Below are positions 1-15,500 of a DNA stretch of 64,000 nt, piece by piece (position 1 is the stretch's first letter; each line of letters opens with the position of its first letter). Source of the stretch: Tubiluchus corallicola. Lineage: Eukaryota; Animalia; Priapulida. Where the stretch lies: contig JAQGDQ010000001.1 of NCBI GenBank assembly GCA_030141605.1, positions 2,852,001 to 2,916,000 of the forward strand. The letters run 5' to 3'. A model generated the notes under the pieces. That model saw only the letters and a list, made by a program, of their open reading frames with translations, was not told the origin of the DNA and made no database searches. The translations under genes were made by a program, and so were the position numbers.

Positions 1-486
1 TATACACATCACAAATTAATATAAATAATACAATAAATCATGACACACAAGAATAGAAAATGCACACCCCTAACTAACACTCACAGATCAATTTCAATTT
101 AGTTTATTTGCACAAATATCCTTCTAGTACATTGGCAATACATATGTATAATACAATTTATAATTACACCAAAATATAAACTCGACAAAATATTCTAATC
201 AATTAATTAAATAAGTATAAAGATCCATCATAAATATACCACGTAGTATGTTACAGTTTGCATATCTAATAATTATTCGTATAATAAGCCTAATTGACTG
301 TTGTACTGGTATTTGACATGTGTATTATTATTATTATTGTCAATTTTGATTTTTTTATACATAGTTTGTGCTTATTATTATTTGGCTTATAAAGTATTGG
401 ACAGTGCTGTAGCCATCGGTGAGGCAAAGTACTAAGCTTTGTTACAAGAGAGCATTCACAGATTTCACACGAAAATGAGAAGAAAT

Positions 487-594
487 ATGGCGGCGACTGC
501 TAGTGTTAAGGTTAATTCGTCTGATGTTTCCAAACAAAATTTCGACATAAGAACTAAATCTATTGAGCAAACGCTGGTGCCATTAGTCTCACAG
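487..594 (+). CDS. CTNNAL1: Alpha-catulin exon 1
   Basis: MAATASVKVNSSDVSKQNFDIRTKSIEQTLVPLVSQ, donor CAG|gtaaga. Confidence 0.9.
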
Positions 595-3500
595 GTAAGA
601 TGAGGTTTAAACGAAAAATCGTCAATTGTTACCTTTTCCCTTTAATGTAATATTAAATGCACCTTATTATGCCATTTAGTTTATTTCTGACAGTTTTGAT
701 ATTAAATAGTGTATATTTAAATAGGCATAGGCCTAAATTTATTATTATCCAGAGACATGAAATTTGTTTATAAAATACTTAAAAACATAGTTAAAGCAAG
801 CTTGGTTAAACATTGATTGAAGGACTATGTAACCATGGTAATTTATTTTTTGGTATTGCATTTTATTTTTATCCATTTACTTTTGATTTAGTACAAATAT
901 TACAATACATTTGCGGAAATGACAGTGCATTACAGTGCTATGAGCGTCCAGAAAAAGTTAACTTATAATCAACAGTTGTAAGTTAATTTCTTCAAGAACC
1001 ATCTAGACAAGTATTTTGTAGCTGTGAAATACAGCTGGACATACTGCAACTGCAAGGAACGCCTTGTCAGACAGCATTAAGTTTTTTTACCAGAACTGCA
1101 ACGAAGTCGATGTTCAAAGAAATGTTTTTTATGTGAATCCTCAAACAGGCAATAGCATGATTTTTATGTCAGAGTTTTCTCCGCTTTTAGGTTAGGGTTC
1201 CCTCACAAAGACACCAATTTAAAGATATTGCTATTCAGTACATGGCTATTTAAATTTAATTGATAGGCTATGTCATATTGCTTTACTACTACTTTGCTAC
1301 AGTTAAAAATTTAGATTTCATGTGACAGACTAGAATCTCAGGCAAGGATAATATCAACACTTGACAACCATGTGTCCATTTTTCAACCTGTTGAACAGTG
1401 GCCCTGCATACCTTCTAATTTCCAAAAAATAATTACGATGTAAAAAGCACTTGTAAATATTTTTAATAACTGACTGTTATTGCTAATATTTATTAACATT
1501 TTATACTGGTATTATATTATAATGTTGGTAGGCTGTAGGTTTTGCAAAACCATTACACTATGCAAGTGCGCAACTGCATGCATTCACGGTATTTTCCAAC
1601 ATGAAAACACACTCGTTACAATTTCAGACAGGGCTCTTGAAGGCGTGGCTTAATCGGAAATTGTCCAATCACAATTAGCACCAGCATTGTTTTTCCCAGG
1701 TCTATCTGCGAAAGAAATGCTGCTGTGTATTCAACTTGTGCTTTCTAGGGCTACATATCTACGTGCATCATATGGTTTGTTTGAGTCACTGTCTAATACA
1801 TACTGTAGTTGAATGTGTTAATTTCAGTTTTCAGCATGTCAGTATTTTTATTACTTTAGTATAGTTATCCGATCATAGGACTTTAGTGTAGTGTTAATGT
1901 AGTAGTTGGGCTTCAGTATGCGAGAAGTGCATGTGTGGTAAGCATTTTACATCGTTTCTAAATTAAAATTTTTAATTAGCTACGATGTAAGGGTTGGTTT
2001 TAAAACAATGTACTACTTTGGTACAATCGACAGACTGCATCACTGAAATTGAAATACACTACCTAATGGGAGCCTAGATCTGCATTAGTTACAATAATTA
2101 CCAGACAGTGCAACTCTCCCAATTTGGAATTTTTAATCGAGATTTTAGTGATAACTTCCCTTTCTCCCGATTTGCCACCAATTGCTGCCTTAACAGTAAA
2201 CATAGCGTGAAATGTGATCACAGCGAGATAGAACTGGAATAACCCATCAATGGTGCTAGACAACACAAAAAATTGTATGGGAACCTAGCAGGTGGAACAG
2301 AGGTATGGTGCGCCACTGAACTTAGCTGCTCTAATGAACCGCCGCACATTAAAGACAATGTTCTGTGATTCACGCAAGGCTTTTGATTTATGAAGCCAGT
2401 AAATTTAGGAACTTTCATACAGCTTATGACTCCAAGTTAATTAGCAATTGATATGGCAAGCCCCTGAAAATTTGACAAGAAACATTTGAGTTTTAATACA
2501 TTTATACTCAACCAAATTTTAGATATGCTATTAACCTTGAGTAAAATTTTGATTGAAAGGTCTACAACAGTCTTTTTTCTCAGGTAACTTATTTGCACAT
2601 GGAACAGAAAGCCATAAAGGTTTTCCTAAATTTTCCTTTCCAAGTTTAGAGCTTATGGTTTGGTTGTATTACATTGCATTTCAACATTACCAGTCAATCA
2701 ATAGCTACAAAAGTTAATTAGTCAATAGCTACATGACTTATCCATAAATGCATTTTTCACATATGAGAAATTCTCTATACCAGAATTTAGATCTCATTTG
2801 AAGCCTCCAAAATACTCTTAAATACAAGAAAATGCATTGGTAGCTGGGGCTCTCCCCAGACCCCATAGCTGATTGCATGCATTGTTCCACGACCCACTGC
2901 ATGCCAATGCTGTTCTGCCATCTCTGTTTTCTTAATGCCCATGAGTTGGAAGACTTGTGCAAGTAAATAAGCATAAAACATCCATATTTGTTATAGTAGT
3001 ACCAACTGGAGAAAAAGGTATGATAACTACAGCTGGAAACCCAGTAATTTTTCAGTTTGCTGCTAACAGTAACATTATTTGTTAGAGTTTTGGCCTGTTT
3101 ACGCAAAATAAGAGCTACAAGTTTTTTCAACTATCATGAAAATTTGTATAGTATGTAATATTTTGTAAAATTGTGTATTCATGAAAACAGTCTCAGAAGT
3201 GTTCTGTAAAATTTATGAACTCCACTCTTTGAGAATTAGTTTGATTTTATAGTAGAACTAACTTCAGCTAAGCATTCTATGCATTATAGGCAGGCTATAG
3301 TAGGCAGTTGATGCGGACACATGCATTTGCATTGCTCAATCAATTATGGTCAGGAAAAAAATTCAGAACAATATATAAATTTACTATGCAAACAGCATGA
3401 TTTCAACCTGCCACTCTTGTTTTCCATTAAATGTTTTGCCAATTTTGCTCACTTTCACTCGTCAGTTAAAAACTTAGAATGCAAGTGGCTAGCTTTAAAT

Positions 3501-6500
3501 AGTTTCATCCCTTACGATTGCGTGCCAACATTGTATGGTAAATGATGTTTCTTCTTTTTGTAGTAATTTTTTACTAGGCTATCAGTAATCTTCTAAGTAA
3601 TCATTTAATGAGTTGCCCTTGGAGTGGTACAGATGTCGGGAAATTGTGCCTTTTTTATTTTTTATGTTATGAACTCCTATTGCTGTTTCACACTATACTA
3701 ACCTTCAGTTTTTGTCAAGTTTCATGCAGCTTTTGCCCTGGCTATGTACTCTGGGCCCTAAAGTGGTTAGTGCTTTTTTGCACTTTGAGAGCTAAAGTGT
3801 TATTTATTGCAAAGATGTCTTCTACACGTAAATCTATTTTATCCTTGCTTTTCTTTGCTGGCAGGATTCAACTACTGACACCCATCCACTCTTTGTTTTG
3901 CTGCATGTTAAGTTTGTGTTAGACCTATAATTTGCATGTCAGTTAGTAGAAGTGACTGTCATTTGACCAGCGATTTCAATCATTTCATGTGTATTCACGG
4001 TGCTGGAATGGCCATTTAGCCAATGGAGAAGAAAAAGGGGCTTGTAAAAGTGCAAAGAAAATCTATAATTAATGCTGAAAATTAATTTGGGAACCTATAT
4101 GGCTGACTTTTCAAAGAACGCTGTTGGAAATCATTCTCATACTTTTGCAGTTACATTATTTCCTATGAGCAGTACAACAAGGTTTACCTACACTATATTT
4201 TAGAACATTTATTTTATGTTAAGTTATCATACAATTCATAATAGTTGCCCAAACGAAGTGGATAACTATAGAATTATCTGTCCTGCCGGTCTCTACTTTT
4301 TCTCAGCCATGAAGTAATCTAAAAAGTTAGTCCTTGACATGTGTGTTCAAACTCTGATCCTTTTGGGTCATTCAGTACTGATCTATTTTTTTACAATTAC
4401 AAATGCTTTTTAATTTATTTACTTGGATGAGGAGCATACTGATACTTAAAAATAAATCCTTGGGTAACATTTGATAACTTTCATAATTTTCAGATTCATA
4501 TATTTGGTGTATTTCAGGCAGTATTGATATTATTACTGTTTGCATTACCAAGTCTTCAAATCTAGCTATTGTAAAAGACATGACAGTAGTTCTAACTATC
4601 TTTTGTGCTTTAGTTTTCATATTAGTGGCCCAGATCGAAGAATTGTAAACTATATCTTGATGTGATTACTTAGGTGTCTGCATATACTGAGATGCACATG
4701 AAAATCTTGCGTTTAGAGCCTATTTTTTCATGTTTTAAGCAATGCAATTTCATCATCTTATTTTATCAACTGCCCCATCTCTGTTCAAGAAAACTGTCAT
4801 CAATACTTTCTGTACTTTAAAAGACATTCTCTACTACTTGTAATTAGCACTTACTACTCCCAGATCCATTAAATGTTGAAAGAGAATTAATCAGCGCTTG
4901 GCTTAGAGAGTGATCGTGAGGTGAGTTGAAAACATGCAGCTGTGATTAATACCGTGTGACAAATGCACTGACAGCAGGAATTAGATTTTCTCCACGCATC
5001 AAAGAGTAGCCAATGTAGACATTACCATGCAAATGTCACCACATTCGAAATTAAAAGTCTCTGTAAGTTTGCTAAATTTTCCTTGTGCTCCATTTTAGCA
5101 AATTTACTTATATTCTTCAAATTAATGAATTGATTTAAAACTGCATAATTCACGTTAATGTTGAAAGTTTTTAAAAACTGATAATATTGTGTGTAGCATT
5201 GTGGTTTGTATCCTCAATGGTTTTTAAATTACCCACAACTTTTCTATGTGTAATGCTGGATATCCTGAGTGGTGCAGTGACAGATTTTCTGGTGCCCAAA
5301 CTGTGTTGTTTCAAGAGATGCTGTTGACTGACTTAAAAATCAGTGAGAGTTGGCTTGAAAAATAGCAAAAATTAAATTGAGATTATAATGAAGCCAAATA
5401 AATGTTTTATTGCATAAATTAATGATTACTATAACTGCAATAAATTACATTTCAAAATGAGCATGGTACATGATATAAAATGAAATAACAATGATGGAAG
5501 CGTACAGTACACAATTCAGTACATCAGTATAAACTTTATTGGTGCTACAAATTATGCTGCAGAAAATGCAGCCGTGGAGCAGATTATTCTTACTTAATCA
5601 TGCCATTACCATTAAGGCTTGATTTATTGTTGTGCTATGGATGTTGGTTGTGGACGAGATTATAATTGCAGGTCTCGTTTTTGATCTGCTGTGTAAGTTG
5701 CACTGTGTATTTAATGTAAGTCTTAGGAACAGGTACTTGTTAGACTCGCTCGTTGTTGCTGGCAATAATGATATCCAGTCCTTAATGTCAAGTATTATTA
5801 ATATCTCCACTCCAAAACAGATATGTGAAAATCTAATATAGCAAATAAAGTTAAATGAGTATGCCAGGAATAGTAATCAGAAAGTTTTACTCTGATTCAA
5901 ATATGCATTTCAGTTTGTATAGGTGTTTTAAAAATCTATAGTGAATTTATAAATTGGTACGTATTTCCTCACTCCTCCATGCATAAATTAGGGCTGTGGG
6001 AACAGATGAATGAATAATCAAATTTGCCAGTACATATGCAGAAAATGATTAAAACGAATGTGAGCCACAGTTCTTTACCTTAACTTTTAACATATAGGTT
6101 TACCAACAAAGAAAAGATGCTCTGCTCTGAAAGCTTGCGAATACATTTCACTGTCTTAATGTTCTATTACATGGTTAATCTTCCTTGGGATTTCATGTAA
6201 TTTCTACAATGTAAATCGCGTCGAAGGCAGCGTATAATTTTCAACCAAAATTTATTTCCCAAGTGTCCATAAATGCGCTTTGGTTTCATGAATCATTAAG
6301 CCTGACTGCTTGAATAACTCGTAATTATTGACACTTTGCATAAGTGTATAACATGTATTCTCTGGTCACATTACATTATCAATCCTAAATCATAATTTAA
6401 TATAAAAGTTATCAAGAATTACTGTTTTGAGGCAAAAGTAATGGAAGTTGCTCTGAAGTTTATATGTGTGTAAAAATTACTTACCATTAATCTAAGCTGC

Positions 6501-9500
6501 AAAGTTGTTTTTAATTTTGCTGCAGTTGTCCTCATAAAAGCCACAGACAAACTTAAATTGTTCATTGTAAAAAAAGTACGATTTTTTTAAACAATTTGAA
6601 TTGTTGTTTCACTAAGTTATGACCTGACATGCAATATGCAATGCAAAAAACTAAGAAAGCACTAAAAGTTTTCTGCAATCTATAAAGTTAATCGTGATGA
6701 GAATAGTAACAATGATGATGTTGATGACGATGACGATGATGAAACTGAAAGTCAATTGTGTTTGGTTATTGCTGGTAGCTGTTTTTGGGCCATTATATAT
6801 GGATGCTTATCGAAGTTTGTGTGCTCTTCTGCTGATATTTCTGGATCCGGTTTGAAGCCAGTCCCATTTCTAGCTGTGCTTTTAAGGATATTTGCAAGGG
6901 ATTCACTGTGTCCTAAATTAATCTTCCTTAATTTACAATAGAAAATTTTACGGCGAACAAATACAAAGTAATAGAGCTGCAAGCTATGCCAGGTTTCTAA
7001 CATGATCTGCCACTTTAAGACTATATTGATCAACTTAGCAAAGACCTTTAGTACATGTATTCTCATTGGTGTAGTATGATATTGGTTTAGCCGTTTGGTG
7101 GCGTTATTTGTCTCAATATTCATTGATCTATGCAGATAATGTAAATATTGAATGAGCAGCAGCTGCATGCAGCGTATATTACACCTACCTGAGACCTTGG
7201 GTGTACTGCATCGCCGGTACTTCGTATCCCCCACTTCCTTATGCATGTTTGGTTTAATTACACTCAATAAATTGTAAAATACGGGTCCCTTCAAAGAGTT
7301 GCTAAAGAGTTTTTGCAATTAAATGATCAGATGATCGCATTTTTATTATTGAGGTAACAATGGATTTAACAACAACAGTATTCTGAACAGCTGAATATCT
7401 GTGTGGTGACTGCACATTTTTGGTCGATACTGTTTTGTTGCCTTCGTTCATTGTTGTTCTGTAATGTGCCTACTTCCTTGCCTTTTCTCTCTCTACTCTT
7501 TGCCTTTAGCCTTATCTTCCCGTTTTACTGAGCTGATTACAGTGCACGTATCCAATCCTCGTGCATTCTGCTTTGTCTGATTAAAATTGTTAGGGAAATT
7601 GGATCTATTGAACATGAGGCAAACCAAACGGAATAATGATAGACTTGTTTTCAAGCCTACACGCGTGTGTTGCACGGAAAAATCTTTGACTTAATCGTTC
7701 CTGTGTTTAAGATTATTTGCCGTTAACCACCCGGAATACCTGTTTGCAGGTCGCTTGAAACGCAGACCCACTTGACGGGACGCACACAATTAATGACTTT
7801 GTGAAACCTTACTTGGCTGAAAGAAGCCGGGACTAAATCTTGATTTGAACTAGTGATCTTTTTAATTACAAGTCAGTAGTATACCACGACCATTGAGTGG
7901 CGTTTACCAGATATCCGGAATGCGTATGCTTTATGGTGATGCATTATTGATAAAAATGAGTTTATATTCTTTTCAATGCACCCGTTTATCAGACCTTGCG
8001 TTATGCGTGGTTTTTTCTGCAGCTATTTCAGGTATTGATTTATTATACGCAACTATTCCGCAGGTGGATAACACATAACGCTTTCCGGATGGTAAACGCT
8101 TGTGCAAAAATTATTTCCCGTGTGTGAGCTCGAGTTTTAAAAAAATCTGTTATTTCACGTATTCACTCTGTTCGTTACACTTTCTTCAACTTTTAACTCC
8201 AGCTGAGTTGAAATAACTCAAGTAATGTTTGTCCAATTGAATTGGAATTTACTGTGATGGTTTTCGGTAGTTAGTTAATTATAATTAGATCTGTTTATTT
8301 ATTTCAAATTAATTTAAATTGCATGTTCCCATAATCAAATTGAGCCGAAATTTGACTTGATAATTAGCTAGGATGTCCTTGGTTCAAAAGGAAATATTTG
8401 TAGCAATTCATGGGTTAATTACAGCTTTCTAATTTTAATTAATTTTAAACTGATTTAAATTACAGAAGTGCAGGTTACCAATAAAACTTCATTCATTTGT
8501 CGGCCTTCAGTCAGTTCTAGTGCGTTTTAGTTTGTATTTATCTTTGCAAATTTTGAGGCTGTGGTATTAAATCTCTAGATTTTTTATAATTTGTTGGTAA
8601 AGTAGCACTTGGAAATGTTGGATTGATTGTTAAGCAACTAAAATGTTCGAATTACGATTGAATTAAAACTTACTAGATGCAGTAGAACGTGGTCTGTTGG
8701 TCATTTCGTTAAAACTGCTATCTTGATACCTGACAGCCTTTGGATCCCTAACTTAAACTTTGTTTTGGTCAAGTTTGGTTTAAAATACATAAATTGCATG
8801 TTCTTTCAATGTTTAACAAATAATCTTGAAATTAAGACTATAAAAATACATAATTAATTTCCCAATATACTATTTCTATATTACTTAGTTATCGTTTTTA
8901 TTACGAATAAACTAACACTTGTAAATGCTGTACGATGGGGAAAAAAGCCAGCCGTGCTGTCAATTTGGAATTCAAAGATTAAATATGTTATTGGAGTTAC
9001 TGGCCAACCGAACCCAACGTGACAGTGACTTGCCAAATGACTTGATTTTTGTAATTGTTTGGATGATCACTAATGCGGCAATGATTTTTTACATCCTTTG
9101 TAGATAGACTAAGTAAGTGACAAAAAGTCAAGTGCCTTTGCTGAGCAAACTTGCCTAATATTGACTTAGTAGTAAGTATTGACAGCAGTAAGGACTATCG
9201 ATTGGCCGGATAGAGTAAAAACGGTGACTGTGTATTCTGTCTAGTCTATTGATTGTCACTCACTAGTGAAGTCTAGTGAGCTCTTAAATCTATTAGTTCA
9301 ACTGATTATGTAGTAGTTGAGGGTACTGGTATGTTCACACAGTGCGAATGTGTACATTTCCAGCCATCTGGAGCATTCAGTAACTTTCTACTTCACACAA
9401 AGCTTATAATAATAATTGGTGCAATATTTTATTTTGTAAAACGTTGGATGTACATGCTATTTTTCACTGTTTGCTAATCAGCAACCTCAGTCTTACATTC

Positions 9501-12500
9501 CTTTTTGCTCGGCTTGATATACCAACGAAGAACCAATGAAATACTATTTTGTTAATGTGAGTATAAAATTATAAATAACAAGAACATATGTCACATATAT
9601 TGCTGAAAACCATTATGGTTAGAAAAACAAAAAGTATTTTTTTAAATACAGTTATTGTTTAAAAACAATTGAATGCTTTTTTGCTGCTTCAGTTACGAAT
9701 GGGACAATTACTGAATTAGGGGACTTGAAATTCATCTTTGAATTTTGTAATGGTCGATGAGTTTGAGTGGGCAATAATGAAAATCAATTTGCCACAAAAG
9801 TTTGACTGTGCAAATATTACATAATAGTAGTGATTATAATTATAACTATTCATTGACTCAGATTGGTTTCGTGCTAATTTACCTCAATCAGAATAATTAA
9901 AATGATGCATTCTTGTCATTTTGTTGGTGGTATTAAAGTTGTTAAAAGCTTCTGCCACTACAGTGACTACACCAGCGTGATCATAAACTGAGCGTTTTCC
10001 AGCGCCTATGGGAATAAAAGCATGGCGCAGTTATTAACTTAATAGCTCTTTCAGCTGGATTTCGTTGCCTCGTGCCATCTATATTTCATTTCTATAGTTT
10101 CTGTTTACTGATCGGCTGCAATTAAAGAAAACGTTACTCAAATCCTGCACGCCGATGAAAACTTCACTGGAGGGATTCCATTCGTCATTGACTCTCTTCT
10201 GCTATCACCCTGGTTGGATCTAATGTGCCCGAAGAGTCATTTATCAGAGTTTCGGGAATCATCTCCTGTTCATTGCCATTGATGCTATTTCATTCGCGTA
10301 AGAACATTAAATTCAATCGATCGTGGATGCTTTTACAGCGTCTCATTTGACTTATTTCTTTTCGTATTTGCATTAATATTTGCAGTGTTCAATAAATCTT
10401 CACTACTTGATCAAGGGAATCGCATAATTGCCGCGTGGATTCGAGTCCTTGGCCAGTCTTGACAAAGGAAAACTGTTAAAGAATTCTATGTTTGGTTGCT
10501 TTTTTGTGCAGACATTGTTATTGGAGAGCTTGTTTAATATTACTTATCCGTAATATAATGATGCAGGAATATTTCTTGCTAATAACTGTAAGCTGAAATA
10601 ACTTCATTTAATTGACGCTCTTATAAACAGCTTGCATTGCGTGTTTTACTTGATGATATTGGTAGTGTTGTCTTTCATTTTCATAATCAGGTTTAGAAAT
10701 CCCAGCATCTATTATTGCGACTATGAACTAACGATTGTAGCTTGTGTCTGCGTTTTGCTATTATAAAAGTAAAGTGTGACACTTCTGCGTCACAGAGGTG
10801 ATATCATCAAATAAAGTGAAGACATCGGTGACGCTGTTACATTATAAATTGACATTTTTGTACGATTTTGACTATTTTTTAATTTCGTTTTTAGAAATTT
10901 CTAATACGTATTGCGTTCTTTGCGTTTGTTTAGTCATCATTCACGTTTGCGTTTCCATGATTTGAGAAATTGTTTGATTAAATGTTAATGGGATAATAAA
11001 ATATAGCGTGGTGCTTGTTTTCGCGTTTACCTGACGGAGCTAATAGATTTATGCTTTTAGTTAGTCAAATTGCTGCCAGCAGAATTTGATAAATGCTTGT
11101 AAAGACTGCACGCTTCTTCGCGAAAATTCTTAAGTGTTGTTTAATAGTATACTTCATACCTTGAATTTCATGGTGAAAGCTGATTTTTACATTTCGTATT
11201 CACTTTGCAACTCTTTTACAGAATTTTTAGGTCTCTAGAGTTTAGACACACCACTTCCATGCGTGGCAAATACACGTGACTCGCATCACTTATAATGTTG
11301 CATTAAAACACTCAGTAAAAAACATGGAAATTATTTTAGTATAAATTTGGATATGACATGCTTTCCAACCTGTTGAATCTCAAATACAAAACCTTTCTTG
11401 ATCTTTAGGATGCCTGGTCATAAAGACTAGAGCTTCATTATTATAGTTTTCAAAGCAATTTTAACAGAGACAAATGCCAAAGATAGTATACTTTAATTTA
11501 GAAATCATGAACTAACTTGTGCAGGTTAACTCAAAAAAGACTGTTGGCTCAGAAGTAAATGCAACATTTAAAGAGTCATAGGTCCAATTAGTGTTCTTAG
11601 TCATTACATAACTGAGAAATCTTTCTAGTTTAATGGCCGGTTCAAATTTAATGTTCGTGAAGCAAATGAGGTTGCAAGCAATAGGGAAATAAATGTCTGT
11701 TAAATGATTCAATACTCATATTGGGTATGAAGCCAGGAGAACAGCTGGATTCGTAACAGTCTGCCTGCATCTCGGAATGTCCAAGCTAAAGATATGAGTA
11801 AGCAAACAAGCACTGTGAGCATACTGTCACAGTTATATCGCCTGGCCACAATGTGGTTTTCACGCACTTGTAACTCGTGATTTCACTAGCTGTTATTCTG
11901 GATATTCCATATTCGAATTGATTGGCACCGGAAAAAATGAGATAGAAATTTCCCTGAGAAAGTGTTATTGCCAACAATTCATTTTCACGTCAGAACTCGG
12001 CTTTAAATCACTCAATTTTACTGCCTCCACGTCCGTAAAATCTCAAAATTCGCGTAAACAGTTTGCGATGTGAGTTAATGCAATGGGTAGTCGATCTTTT
12101 GCTGATTTCTTTCATATGCCGTCTTTGTCGCATTTACTCTTTTCATGCATAGTAAAGCTTAATTTCATTTTGCCAGATTTCTTGGAAATTTGCATTTACG
12201 TCTTTGCGGAGCGACTGAGCTGTGAGATAAACATGAATTCTGTAAGCACGAACTAAGAAACTCTGTAAACGAACAGCTTTTAATGCATAGCGCTCAAACG
12301 ATAAAAGCAAAATTGGAAAACGACATATTTTAGAAGCTGGATTTAGTTCAAGTGCAGAGCTGTAGCAAGGCAAGCTACTGCAACACAAGTAGCATTTCAC
12401 TGAATGTCACATTGTAATGCATAGAATGTAATATTATATTACGTAAATAGACCACTTCTCGATATATTACACGTGTGGGGAGAGTTTCATGTAATGATTT

Positions 12501-15500
12501 TGCATCCTTGTCAAAGCGATTCCTATTTTAACTGCCTCTTGACTTTTCATTTTTGTACCTATTGTTCTCTTGCTTGCTGTGCTAACATTTGCATTGTGAT
12601 GTTTTATTTGAGCTATACACGCAGCCTTTTCCCTGAGAAAATATTTATACCCTTCTGACGCTATACCCAGAAAACTTGAAAATAGGATTACTCGTTTTTA
12701 AAGTTTACGGTGATAAAGGAAGTACTTATAATTCCATTTTGGTCGTCTGTATTTCATAGATTAGCTTTCATATAGAATTAATCGGACAAAACTAATAACA
12801 TAATAAGAATAATTATGTTAAGCCTAGACACAAGCCGTAGTAATAATTTATTGTTCGCCTACCTTTTGACCGAACAAACCTATTGGAGTTACTAGCTCGA
12901 CTAGTACTATTCTTACTCATATTTTAACGAACGTTGCCGGTAAACCGGCATTATGAAGTACAAAGACCAAAAATTTAAATACAAAATACATAATTATAAT
13001 CAGGTCACTTATAAATTATGGTAAAACTGAATATATAAGTTTATTAAATAGTGAAACCTGGAAAATCTTTACTCTGTTAATGATGTAAATAACATATAAC
13101 ATCAGTTATACATATTAAGTGTAATCAACAACTGAACCGTGGATGAACAGTTCAATCCTTGACCTTATACGTGGTCAAAGTAATCTTAAAATTAAGGACA
13201 AAACCATTTACAAATAGTATTGTTAGTATAAAAATCAAATCCATTATGAAGTTAAAGAGCAAAACAAGAATTTTTTAGTTAAACGAAAGTAAATTATACT
13301 TAAAAATCCATTGACACACCTCAGAAATCTGAGATACGGTAGTAAATCTAAAGAGAGAAGTTATACTGTTTTGAAAGTAAATGAGAAAGTGGAACGTGGT
13401 CTACAGAATATCGCAAGTTTATATTAATAATTTTTATATTACCGTAACGAACAAACTGACTAACAAAATAAATAAATAAGACTTTTACATTCATTTATGA
13501 CCTGTGAAATCTTTTTGTAACAACAAGGGGGCGTTCGGCCGGGGTGCACACCATTTTTTTATAAATGTAATACGATTTTGTCTGTTTATTACTGGCAGGC
13601 CACACAAATGTCATTCGATAAACTACGCCTATTTAAGATTCATTTTGCTTTGTGTGGAAATAATAATATTATTTGCATATTAAAAGCTTTGCATTATTTA
13701 TTTATTAGTACCTTATACTTACTAGGCCGGAGATACTTTTTGTGCAGTGGATAATTCGATGGTGCTACAAATTTAAACATAAAATAAAAAAAATTAAAAT
13801 GTATTGAAAATTTCAAGTTTAACTTTATTAGGTTTAACAAAACAGTTTAGAAACAGTAGCTTATGTTTACAGTTTATTTGAGCAAACAATGTTTACCTTT
13901 GATTTGAAGTGGGAATGACGTGATCCATGCTAACCAAGTCTTAATGTCTTTAAGTGGAATGTAGGTTAAATGGCACAGGAAACATGGCAAATGTGTTATT
14001 CTGATGCAAATAATTTCTGCGTAAAACTAGTAAAACTAGAATGTGCTCATTGCGAAACAGATCTCCGTTAAGCTGAAAGATTCTAAACGTGTTCGTCTGA
14101 TTCTTTTGATAGGAAAAAACATAAAACAAAGATAAGCAAAGAAAGGCACGGAAATATACCTGTATAAGTATTATATAGACTATCAAAACACTCGCAAAAT
14201 ATTTCGTTCATTTAAAATAATTATAATCAACAATGCACGAGCATTCCATATATGTTTGCCTGCGTTTCTTTAACTATTTATAGCGATGGTAAAAGACTGA
14301 CAAGTAACAAATATACGTATTCTCAAACTAAGTCAGCTTATTGGACTACAAATTTATACGCAATGGTTATAGACAGCGTTACACAATTTTACAAGCGAAA
14401 ATTAATGAACCTGAAACTGACTCGTACTTGTTTGTCCTTACTGATGAAAAAGAACTGTAGCCAAGACCTCCGCTTTCCAAAAAAGTTGTGTCTTTCTGAG
14501 ACCTTCTCGAAGTTCTTCACGAATGTTTTTTGTACTTGGTGTCTTGTCATGTTTTGACCACTTAAGGCATAAAAAACAGTGATGCGAATAAGAGGTATTT
14601 AGTATGAAAAAATTGTTACGTTTTTTTTTCAGATTACCACATTAGTAAATCACCGAGAGAAGCCCATCGTTTCGTCTAAGACATGCCGTGCAGTTGTCAG
14701 GGTAGGACAAGCGGCCAGCCTTGCAGTTGAGCGGTAAGCCTATTTAATGTTACGGCATGCCAGGTTAATTAATTAATGCGTACGTTGGTTGTCAATTTAT
14801 TAAATTATTTTCCATCTTGAATTTTTCAGTCCTTTTATTCTGTAGTTGTGACAATACAAACTGAAAGTAACACGTTAATAATAAATGTAACTTTGCGCTG
14901 CCTTAATACATTACTGTAGTTCTATGCCTGATTCGGGATGTTGGCTTTGTAACTAGTCTAAGTCAACTACCAAACAATGTGCTGGATATAGCACTTGTGT
15001 GTAAGCCTAATCTATATGCTTCTATGCACATTTAATTAAAGCTCGACTGACTGTTTAGCTTGTCTGGCTGGGTATGTGACAAATTCCATGGGTTACATAC
15101 AGTAATTACAGTTCTTAAATTCGTGTAATGATTATGAGCTGTTATAAGATTAGAAAATTTTGACAACCATTTTAAAATAAGCTTAGTCCAACATGAAGCA
15201 CCGCTGCCTCCAGTTAGCTCTTGGATGGGTGAGAAAAAGAGGTTGCATGTACAAATGATATCATACTAGCGTAAATACAAAGGTCTTTCTTTTTTAAGTT
15301 TTTCCTTAATGCCTTCATTACGTGCATACTATTATTATTGATCAGCGGCTTATTTTTGCCATTCCATATGTTCCTAACTAATTGGATTGTTATGTTAGAA
15401 CTAATTTGCTGACATGTGAAAAGCAGTGCTTGATTGTACAAGTGAGTTTGTTAAGAAAGGGAGACTCTCAGTCAGTCTGATAAATGAGGAGCTTCTGACA

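Noticed and set aside
2063-5841. Scattered 60-130 aa ORFs in the 5' part of alpha-catulin intron 1
   Set aside because: Their composition is typical of random AT-rich DNA; I could not assemble a nested gene or recognise any motif.
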